A stretch of 32,000 nt of DNA from Pseudodesulfovibrio mercurii (GTDB lineage: Bacteria > Desulfobacterota > Desulfovibrionia > Desulfovibrionales > Desulfovibrionaceae): assembly GCF_000189295.2 (NCBI RefSeq), contig NC_016803.1:2130001-2162000 (forward strand), read 5' to 3'. Below are positions 8,794 to 16,123 of the stretch, piece by piece (positions within the stretch are counted from its first letter, which is position 1; each line of letters begins with the position of its first letter). Position numbers and translations under genes: made by a program. The notes beneath the pieces were generated by a model. That model was given only the letters and a program-made list of their open reading frames with translations. It did no database searches and had not been told where the DNA came from.

Positions 8794-8926
8794 CCGCTTA
8801 GGCTTTCGAGAGTGGGTCAGCTGTGCATTTTCTTCCAGTGGGCTTTCACCGCAGCGTATTGCGGCATACGTGAGGATGAAAGCCCACTGGAAAAAATGTG
8901 CGGATGGCCCGCTATCGGAAGCCGCC
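8794..8926 (+). repeat. Copy 2 of the ~130-nt hairpin-forming repeat family
   Basis: Conserved flanks are CGCTTAGGCTTTCGAGAGTGGGTCAGCTGTGCATTTTCTTCC and GGAAAAAATGTGCGGATGGCCCGCTATCGGAAGCCGCC. The 14-bp central stem is perfect: CCAGTGGGCTTTCA (8835-8848) with TGAAAGCCCACTGG (8877-8890). Confidence 0.9.
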
Positions 8927-9682
8927 CCTGCTCTCAAGCCACGCATTGGCCCGGTGGGCGGCTTCATCTACTTCGGCCTGGGTCATGTGCGCGACGACCT
9001 GGTTCAGGCGCTGTTCGGCCCTGGGGTGGCCCTTGGTTCCGGCGATGACGAACCACTTGCACGCCTCGACCGGGTCCGGGGGCTGGTCCGCGCCGCGCAG
9101 GAGCAGTTCGCCCAGGGCGACCTGGGCCTCGGTGAACCCCTGGTTTGCCGATCGTTCGAGCCACTGCCGGGCCTCGGGCACGTCGCGCGGGACCAGGCTG
9201 CCGGTGAGCTGGAGGATGGCCAGGTTGAACTGGCTCCGGGCGTCGCCGGACCGGGCGGCCTTGCGGGTCCATTCCAGGAACAGGGCGGCGCTGCGCTCGA
9301 CCCCGGCGCCCTTGCCGTAGGCGTAGGCCATGTAGGCCTGGGCCTGGGGCTGGCCCTTGTCGGCGGCGGTCCGGAGCAGGTCGAGCCCCCTGGCCCCGTC
9401 GCGGTCCACGCCCACGCCCGCCAGGTAGAACCGGCCGAGGATGTTCATGGCGTCCGGGTCGCCCTGGTCGGCGGCCCGTTGCAGCCATTTCGCGGCCGAG
9501 ACCGGGTCGTGCCCGCCGAAGCCGCCCTCGAAATACAGACGCGCCAGGGCCACCTGGGCCGCCGGGTCGCCGGACCGGGCCGCGGCCTTGAGGTCGTGGG
9601 CCACCTCGGGAAAGGCGGAATAGTGGATTCCGACCAGGAGCAGGCCGAAGAAAAAGCAAAACTGGATCGTTCGTTTGATCAT
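8912..9682 (-). CDS. Sel1-repeat (TPR-like) protein with N-terminal signal/anchor
   Basis: Repeated Sel1-type units (AAQVALARLYFEG.G, DAMNILGRFYLAGVGV, QAQAYMAYAYGKGAGV, RSQFNLAILQLTG, EAQVALGELLL). Start placed at MIKRTIQF (ATG 9682, GAGGTG upstream). The last codons and the stop lie inside repeat copy 2. Confidence 0.8.
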   Translation of the reverse strand: MIKRTIQFCFFFGLLLVGIHYSAFPEVAHDLKAAARSGDPAAQVALARLYFEGGFGGHDPVSAAKWLQRAADQGDPDAMNILGRFYLAGVGVDRDGARGLDLLRTAADKGQPQAQAYMAYAYGKGAGVERSAALFLEWTRKAARSGDARSQFNLAILQLTGSLVPRDVPEARQWLERSANQGFTEAQVALGELLLRGADQPPDPVEACKWFVIAGTKGHPRAEQRLNQVVAHMTQAEVDEAAHRANAWLESRGGFR

Positions 9683-9790
9683 GCGCGTCACCTCGGTATT
9701 GGGATGCGGGACCGCCATATCCGACCTAATACGGGAACGGCGTGGATGTCAAAAACCAAGGGACCGCGAAGGGATTTTCCTCGCCTGATT

Positions 9791-11035
9791 TCACTCCGGC
9801 TGCCGCAGCAGGGCGGTCAGGACCACGGCGCAGGCGGTGAGGGCGGCGCAGAGCCAGAAGGCGGCGTTGAAGTCGCCGGAGAGGTCGGCCAGGTATCCGG
9901 CGACCACGGGGCCGATGATCTGGCCCGCGCCGAAGAACAGGGTGATCAGACCGAAGGCCTTGACCGCCCGGTTGGGGCCCATGTAGTCGCCCACGGCCGC
10001 GGACATGATGGTCGGGATGCTCCAGGCGACCACGCCGAAGATGACCACCGAGGCGTAGAGGAACAGGGGCGAGCCGTTCAGGGCGGCGAAGGCGTAGGCC
10101 ACGGTGAACAGGGAGAAGACCACGATCATGCCGAACCGGCGGCCGAGCCGGTCGGACAGCCAGCCGAAGAGCGGGCCGGAGAAGACCGAAAGCCCGCCGA
10201 CCACGGCCCAGAACCGCCCGGCCGCGTCCTCGCCGTAGTGATGCACGTCCACCAGGGCGGTGACGATGAAGGTGGCGTAGACCACGGACGTGGCCCCGAA
10301 AAGCAGGTAGATGATCCCCAGGTGGACCATGGTCCCGCGCTGGGAGCCCCGCTCCGGCTGATGCGTGCGGGCGGCGGACGCGGGACCGGTGGGGGATGCG
10401 GAAGCGGGGGCGGCCCCGCCCAGGGGTTCAAGCCCCTTGTCGCGGGGATGGTTGCGCAGCAACCAGCCCGCCAGCACGGCCACTGCCACGGCCATGAGCC
10501 CCAGGACGAGCCAGCCGATGCGCCAGCCCTCGCCGCCGGAGCCCTGGTTCACCCAGGGGATGAACAGCCCGGCGAAGATGATGGCCACGCCGTTGCCCGA
10601 GACCATGATCCCGGCGGCCCGGCCACGGGTGTCCCGCAGGAACCAGTGGGAAATGAGGCCCATGAGCGGCACGTTGGCCAGGCCGGACCCGACGCCAGTG
10701 GCGAAATACAGGAGCAGGACCGGCTCGAACCCATCGGCGCGGCCGATGAGGACCATGGACAGCCCCACCAGGGCCAGCCCGGCGGCGATGGTCCGACGCG
10801 CGCCCAGGGACTGGGTGATGGTCCCGGCCAGCAGGACCGCGAGCATGTAGCCGGTGAAGTTGCCGGTGCTGATCAGCCCCATGCGCCCGTAGTCGAGGCT
10901 GAGGGATGCGCCCATGGACGGCAGAAGCATGCCCAGGGAGAACCGGCCCAGGCCGAGGCAGGCGAAGACCACGGCCGCCCCGGTGAGGCAGACGGTCCAG
11001 CCGTAGTGGCGGGAAGGGGCGGCCTTGTTCTGCAT
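9791..11035 (-). CDS. MFS transporter (YbfB/YjiJ-like)
   Basis: 414 aa with about 12 hydrophobic segments in a 6+6 arrangement around a central hydrophilic loop, and an MFS-like G-x-L-x-D-R-x-G-R-R motif (GWLSDRLGRR). GGAGG precedes the ATG. Confidence 0.85.
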   Translation of the reverse strand: MQNKAAPSRHYGWTVCLTGAAVVFACLGLGRFSLGMLLPSMGASLSLDYGRMGLISTGNFTGYMLAVLLAGTITQSLGARRTIAAGLALVGLSMVLIGRADGFEPVLLLYFATGVGSGLANVPLMGLISHWFLRDTRGRAAGIMVSGNGVAIIFAGLFIPWVNQGSGGEGWRIGWLVLGLMAVAVAVLAGWLLRNHPRDKGLEPLGGAAPASASPTGPASAARTHQPERGSQRGTMVHLGIIYLLFGATSVVYATFIVTALVDVHHYGEDAAGRFWAVVGGLSVFSGPLFGWLSDRLGRRFGMIVVFSLFTVAYAFAALNGSPLFLYASVVIFGVVAWSIPTIMSAAVGDYMGPNRAVKAFGLITLFFGAGQIIGPVVAGYLADLSGDFNAAFWLCAALTACAVVLTALLRQPE

Positions 11036-11130
11036 GGGCCTCCGTGGAGGTCGGGGGATTCAGGCCGCGCCGGGCGGGGCCGGTAAAATCGAACGATGTG
11101 CGCGGCAACAACGCCGCCTCATCGGAAGCG

Positions 11131-11159
11131 CACCATAATACACTTGTTTTCCGGTGTAA
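11131..11159 (-). promoter_or_regulatory. Candidate sigma-70-type promoter for the MFS gene
   Basis: The minus strand reads TTTACA, then a 17-nt spacer, then TATGGT, about 95 nt upstream of ATG 11035. This is a sequence match only. Confidence 0.3.
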
Positions 11160-11265
11160 ATTCCCACGAACGATATTTGGATAACACCCCAATGGAGCGC
11201 CTTTGCCGCCCCCGGCGGCAAACAGCGGCTCTCGCGGCCCCCATTCCCAGGCAATACCCGGCGAT

Positions 11266-11394
11266 CCGCTTAGGCTTTCGAGAGTGGGTCAGCTGTGCAT
11301 TTTCTTCCGGTCGGGCCAACCGCAGCGTAGCCGCCTACGTGAGGATTGGCCCGACCGGAAAAAATGTGCAGATGGCCCGCTCTCGGAAGCCGCC
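11266..11394 (+). repeat. Copy 3 of the ~130-nt hairpin-forming repeat family
   Basis: Flanks are near-identical to copy 2. The 13-bp central stem is perfect: CCGGTCGGGCCAA (11307-11319) with TTGGCCCGACCGG (11346-11358). It abuts the helicase stop codon at 11394-11396. Confidence 0.9.
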
Positions 11395-14300
11395 TACCAC
11401 TCAACGGGCAGCTTAACTTTTTGGGAGGCCTTGTTGGTGAAGAAGATATAGCCATGCTCCCGGCCGAACAAATACACATCCCTGGTCACGGTTACGTCCT
11501 GGCGGCAGTATTCGGTGATCAGGTCGAGCCGCCCCTCCTTCCACCACTTCAGCGCCTGGAGCCCGTCGGCGGACTTGCCCGCGCCGAGGGTGGCCGAGGC
11601 GATGTTGTCGAGCTTGACCCGGTAGCCGAGCCGGTTGTTGACCTCCACCAGGAGGTCCAGGTTGGGCAGGGAGCGGAACCCGAAGGGGTGCAGGCCGCCG
11701 AGCACGGCGTAGTCGAATTTGACGTGGTTGAAGCCGATGACCAGGTCGAACTTCCGCAGATGGGCCACCAGCGCGTCCATGTCGTCCTGCTCGTAGTCGA
11801 ACATGGCCTCCTCGCCCGAATCCCACAGGCAGGCGATAGACACGCCCATGCGGTCGGCGCGGTTCCAGCCGCCCACCTCGTCGGCGGAATAGCGGGTCTC
11901 GATGTCCAGGACGCCGTACCGCTTGGGCGCGGGCCGCTTCGTGTCGATGCCGGGGAGCGTGTTCACGTCGATTTCCTTGGGGGTTATGGATTGGGGGTCG
12001 CCCGAGCGGATGGCCTCCAGCACGAACAGGGCGGCCCGCTTGTCGATGGGCCGGTTGCCCGAGCCGCACTTGGGCGAATGGACGCAGGACGGGCAGCCCA
12101 GCTCGCACGGGCAGTCCCGGATGGTCGAAAGCGTGGTCTCGATGAGCTCGTCCGCCCGCTCGAAGGCCTGGCGGGTCAGCCCCGCGCCGCCGGGCATGCC
12201 GTCGTAGATGAACACGGCCGGGCCCTCCACCTGCGGGTGCAGGGGCGTGGAGATGCCGCCCAGGTCGTTGCGGTCGGTCATGACCAGCAGCGGCAGCATG
12301 CCGATGGCCGCGTGCTCGAAGGCGTGGATGCCGCCCATGAAGTGCAGGAACTCCTCCTCGCAGCGCCGCCGGATGTCGTGGCCGATCTCGAACCAGATGG
12401 CCTCGGTCTCGAAGACCTGGGGCGGCAGGTCCAGGGGCACGATGCCGAGCAGCTTGCCGCCGCGCACCGAGCGCTTCTCGTACCCGGTGATCATCTCCGT
12501 GACCTTGACCCGCCCGAAATAGACGCGCGTGCCGAAGCTCGCCTTCTGGCCCAGAACCTCCAGTATCTCCGTGTCCTTGGACCCGCGCGGCTTGGTGTAG
12601 TAGCCCACGCGCCGGGCCTCGGCATGGACCGCGTTGGTGGCCGGGTCCAGGTCCCGGATCACGAAGGTCCGCCCCCGGTGCAGGTAGACCGCGCCCGGAT
12701 GGGTCTCGCGGTAGGCCCGGTATTGATCAATAGTGCCAATGACCGGCGCCCTAATCGATTGAAAACGGCCCGATCGCTTCGTTGCTTCAAATGATTCAAC
12801 CCCTTGCGTAGGTTCACTACGCGGCGGGCCTGAATCATTTTCGCGCCTTGCGCTCGAACCGTTTTGAATCGATTGGAGTTGAGCGGTGATGTCCTCGATG
12901 TGCATCTGGCTGCCCGCGCCGCGCAGGTCCACGTCGCGGTGGGGGCGCTTGCGGTGGGTGACGATCTCGACCGGATGGCCCGGCAGGTCCGGCTCCACCT
13001 CGAAGAGCTCCCCGGCCGCGACCAGCTGCTCCACCCGCCGGGCCACCTCGGGCTCGGCCAGGAACGGCTCGCCGCGCCGCAGGGTCAGCTCGGCCGCCGC
13101 GCAGATCAGGTGGCGGTCCATGATCACCGGGTTGAACGGGTTGAGCATGGCCGACTCGGGCGGCCGGGCGAAGAAGTCGTCCGGGTTGCGCATGAAATAC
13201 TGGTCCAGGGCGTCCTCCTGGGCGATGAGCGCCACGGCGGAGTCCCTTTGGCTGCGGCCCACGCGCCCGCCCCGCTGCAGGGTGGCCATGATCGAGCCGG
13301 GGTAGCCGACCATGATGCACACGTCCAGCCCGCCGATGTCGATGCCCAACTCCAGGGCCGAGGTGGAGATGACAGCCAGCAGCTCGCCGTCGGCCATGCG
13401 CGCCTCGATCTCGCGCCGCTCCTCGGGCAGGAACCCGGCCCGGTAGGCCGAGATGCGCCCCTTGAACTCGCCGCTCTTCTCCGCCGCCCACATGGAAATC
13501 AATTCGGTCATCTTGCGCGACTGGCAGTAGACGATGGTCCGCAAACCCCGCGCCAGGGCCGCCCGGAGCAGGGAGATGGCCGCCATGGACGGGCTGCCGT
13601 CCGGGTTGACGAAGATCATGTGCCGCCCGCCGCGCGCCGCCCCGGATTCGAGGATGGGGTGCACCTCGAGCCCAGTCAGCATCCTGCACAATTCCGACGG
13701 GTTGCCGATGGTCGCCGAGCAGAACACGAAGGTCGGGTTGGCCCCGTAGTAGCGGCACAGCCGCATGAGCCTGCGGAAGACCATGGCCATGTGCCCGCCC
13801 ATGACCCCCCGGTAGGTGTGCACCTCGTCCACCACGATATGCGTCAGTCCGGACAGGAACTCGGCCCAGCCCGCATGGTGCGGGAGCATGGACAGGTGGA
13901 CCATCTCCGGGTTGGACAGGATCACGTTGGGCGGGGCGTTGCGGATCTTCTTGCGGAAATGGGGCGAGGTGTCGCCGTCATAGATGGCCGCCGTGGGCCG
14001 CCGGTCCTCCCGGCCGTTGAGCGGCAGCAGCGCGGCCAGCTCGTTGAACCCCTTGAGCTGGTCCTGGGCCAGGGCCTTCAAGGGGAACAGGTACAGCGCC
14101 TTGGACTCGGGATCGGCCAGGATCTGCTCCATGACCGGCAGGTTGTAGGTCAGGGTCTTGCCGCTGGCCGTGGGCGTGGCCACGACCACGTGCCGGCCCG
14201 CGCGGACATAGTCCACGGCCTCGGCCTGGTGGTCGTACAGCTTTTCTATGCCGAGCAGGGACAGGGCGCTTTGCAACGGCGCGGGCCATGGACGGCGCGG

Positions 14301-14411
14301 CTCGCCGAAACGGGCGTCCGCGCCCTCGACCACGCGGTGATGGGCTATCTGATGGGCCATGCGCTCGGAATCGAGCATGGCCGAGACGTATTCGAGGACA
14401 GGGCTCTCCAC
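11394..14411 (-). CDS. MrfA/YprA-like DEAD/DEAH-box helicase with MZB (DUF1998) domain, fused to a C-terminal DEDD-type 3'-5' exonuclease domain
   Basis: Walker A ATPTASGKT, DEVH box and the helicase-C motif LQRGGRVGR. Four-Cys cluster CPCELGCPSCVHSPKCGSGN. The C-terminal ~175 aa (about 11397-11920) carry LDIET, GFNHVKFD and YCRQD exonuclease motifs. GTG start with AGGA upstream. Confidence 0.85.
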   Translation of the reverse strand: MESPVLEYVSAMLDSERMAHQIAHHRVVEGADARFGEPRRPWPAPLQSALSLLGIEKLYDHQAEAVDYVRAGRHVVVATPTASGKTLTYNLPVMEQILADPESKALYLFPLKALAQDQLKGFNELAALLPLNGREDRRPTAAIYDGDTSPHFRKKIRNAPPNVILSNPEMVHLSMLPHHAGWAEFLSGLTHIVVDEVHTYRGVMGGHMAMVFRRLMRLCRYYGANPTFVFCSATIGNPSELCRMLTGLEVHPILESGAARGGRHMIFVNPDGSPSMAAISLLRAALARGLRTIVYCQSRKMTELISMWAAEKSGEFKGRISAYRAGFLPEERREIEARMADGELLAVISTSALELGIDIGGLDVCIMVGYPGSIMATLQRGGRVGRSQRDSAVALIAQEDALDQYFMRNPDDFFARPPESAMLNPFNPVIMDRHLICAAAELTLRRGEPFLAEPEVARRVEQLVAAGELFEVEPDLPGHPVEIVTHRKRPHRDVDLRGAGSQMHIEDITAQLQSIQNGSSARRENDSGPPRSEPTQGVESFEATKRSGRFQSIRAPVIGTIDQYRAYRETHPGAVYLHRGRTFVIRDLDPATNAVHAEARRVGYYTKPRGSKDTEILEVLGQKASFGTRVYFGRVKVTEMITGYEKRSVRGGKLLGIVPLDLPPQVFETEAIWFEIGHDIRRRCEEEFLHFMGGIHAFEHAAIGMLPLLVMTDRNDLGGISTPLHPQVEGPAVFIYDGMPGGAGLTRQAFERADELIETTLSTIRDCPCELGCPSCVHSPKCGSGNRPIDKRAALFVLEAIRSGDPQSITPKEIDVNTLPGIDTKRPAPKRYGVLDIETRYSADEVGGWNRADRMGVSIACLWDSGEEAMFDYEQDDMDALVAHLRKFDLVIGFNHVKFDYAVLGGLHPFGFRSLPNLDLLVEVNNRLGYRVKLDNIASATLGAGKSADGLQALKWWKEGRLDLITEYCRQDVTVTRDVYLFGREHGYIFFTNKASQKVKLPVEW
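12753..12874. repeat. Nested palindromic, low-GC element lying in frame inside the helicase gene
   Basis: AATCGATTGAAAACGG (12753-12768) versus CCGTTTTGAATCGATT (12859-12874), 15/16 complementary. AAATGATTCA (12789-12798) versus TGAATCATTT (12831-12840). Innermost pair GCGTAG/CTACGC (12807-12823). It is conspicuously AT-richer than its surroundings. Confidence 0.75.
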
Positions 14412-14527
14412 CCCGAAATCCTACGCCGGGCCGCCGGGCGAGGCAAGACGCGAAATATAATTGCCCCCTGCCAACGGCCATCCCATACTTGACCGGCAAG
14501 CAACCCGTTCAGCCCCCGGAGCCCGCC

Positions 14528-15127
14528 ATGACACCCGAAAATTGCCCGCCCGACATCCTCGCCAGCCTGATCGAAATCGCCCGCGCCGCCGAGGCGCGCA
14601 CCGAAGCAACCGCCTTCCACTCCGAAAAGGTCGCCCGCGTGGCCCACGGCATCGCCAAGGCCCTGGACCGGCCCAAGAACATCCTCGAACGGCTGCTGCT
14701 CACCGGCAGGCTGCACAACATCGGCCTGGTCGGCACCCGCGACTCGGTCCTGCGCAAGACCACCCCGCTCTCGCCACAGGAATTTCAACACATCCAGGAA
14801 CATACCCGCCTGGGCGCGGCCCTGCTCGCCCCCATCCCGCAACTGGCCGACGTGGCCGAGGTCTGCCTGGCCCACCACGAACGCTGGGACGGCTCGGGCT
14901 ACCCCAACGGCCTGGCCGGAGAGGAAATCCCCCGACTGGCGCGACTCATCTCCGTGGCCGACTCCTACTGCGCCATGATCTCCGAACGCCCCCACCGAGA
15001 CTCCCTGCCCCGGCCCGTGGCCGCCGAAATCATCACCGAGGAACGCGGCAAACTCCTCTGCCCCGAATGCGTGGACGGCTTCCTCACCTGGTACAGAAAA
15101 ACGGACGGCCGCATCGATCTGTTCTGA
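14528..15127 (+). CDS. Stand-alone HD-GYP domain phosphohydrolase (putative c-di-GMP phosphodiesterase)
   Basis: HD motif region (RLHNIGLV) and the diagnostic HHERWDGSGYPNGL motif. About 199 aa with no receiver domain. Confidence 0.85.
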   Translation: MTPENCPPDILASLIEIARAAEARTEATAFHSEKVARVAHGIAKALDRPKNILERLLLTGRLHNIGLVGTRDSVLRKTTPLSPQEFQHIQEHTRLGAALLAPIPQLADVAEVCLAHHERWDGSGYPNGLAGEEIPRLARLISVADSYCAMISERPHRDSLPRPVAAEIITEERGKLLCPECVDGFLTWYRKTDGRIDLF

Positions 15128-15167
15128 GAACGATCCGCCGGGGCCAGAAATGCCTCCGGCGCGCAGG

Positions 15168-15205
15168 CCCGGATGGAACCGCTCTCTCCATCCGGGTCGT
15201 TTTCG
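15168..15205 (+). terminator. Rho-independent terminator after the HD-GYP gene
   Basis: Perfect 10-bp stem CCCGGATGGA (15168-15177) with TCCATCCGGG (15187-15196) and a 9-nt loop, followed by TCGTTTTCG. Confidence 0.65.
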
Positions 15206-15411
15206 TGCGGGGCGGAGGCCGGGACGCCCGGTTCCGGGCCGGGAAAATGGTTGCCAACCACGCACGACGGGACTACAGATCGTCCCCCTCCCGCGCCGGT
15301 GCCGCCGGAACCGAGACCGACGCCGCACCCCGGGCAGCAATCGGCCCTTGCCCTGAAGCAATGAGCGGGCAACAAAAATCGGCGGACAAGCCACCGCCCT
15401 TCGGTGACACA

Positions 15412-15915
15412 ATGCAACAATTTGCCCATCTCGTCCTGATCATGGGTGCTGCGCTCGCGGGCGGACTGCTCGCCAGCCGCCTGAACATGCCCGGCAGCGT
15501 CATCATCGGCGCCATGCTCGGCGTCATCGTCCTGAAGCTGTGCCTGGCGGCCCCCCTGGCCCTGCCCAGGCAGTGGTCGCTCTTCATCCAGATCGTGGTC
15601 GGCGCCACGGTCGGCTCGCGTTTCTCCATGGACATGCTCCAGCAACTCAGGCACTACGCGATGCCCATCCTGATCTCGGCCCTGGTGCTGATCCTCGTGG
15701 GCAGCATCATGGCCGTGATATTCACCAGGTTCTGGGGCATCGACCCGGGAACGGCCTTCATCAGCACCAGCCCCGGCGCCATGACGGCCATGACCGGCAT
15801 GGCGGGCGGCCTGAACGTGGACATCTTCCTGGTCCTGACCTTCCACATCACGCGCGTCATTCTGGTCATCCTTCTGGCGCCGGCCATCATGCGCATCAGC
15901 CGCCTGTTCCTCTAA
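15412..15915 (+). CDS. AbrB-family (PF05145-like, 'AbrB duplication') integral membrane protein, half-size
   Basis: Hydrophobic throughout, with GAMLGV, VGATVGSRF and STSPGAMTAMTGMA motifs typical of the membrane AbrB/AmoA-like family. An alternative upstream in-frame ATG lies at 15361. Confidence 0.6.
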   Translation: MQQFAHLVLIMGAALAGGLLASRLNMPGSVIIGAMLGVIVLKLCLAAPLALPRQWSLFIQIVVGATVGSRFSMDMLQQLRHYAMPILISALVLILVGSIMAVIFTRFWGIDPGTAFISTSPGAMTAMTGMAGGLNVDIFLVLTFHITRVILVILLAPAIMRISRLFL

Positions 15916-16028
15916 CGGCCACACGCAACCGAAGCCGCACCGATCCCCGCCCTCTTCTCCCCACACACACGTCTCCCCGCGTCCGCACGCCCCTGCCGAA
16001 GGCACACAAAAAGTTTGGGAGAGTCCAG

Positions 16029-16050
16029 AGAACCCTTCTCAAAGGGTTCT
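16029..16050 (+). other. Hairpin between the convergent AbrB-like and ATP-grasp genes (weak terminator candidate)
   Basis: AGAACCCTT-CTCA-AAGGGTTCT gives a perfect 9-bp stem. Only TT follows, so it is not a canonical terminator. Confidence 0.3.
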
Positions 16051-16123
16051 TTGGTCCCCCCGAAGGGGCCGCCGGAGGCATTCCCCGCTCGTCCGTCCGG
16101 CGAGGGCCAGCCGGAGGCCTTTC

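Noticed and set aside
14456-14461. A perfect TATAAT hexamer upstream of the HD-GYP gene as a -10 box.
   Set aside because: There is no acceptable -35 or extended -10 (TGn) element at the right spacing, so a single hexamer is insufficient to call a promoter.
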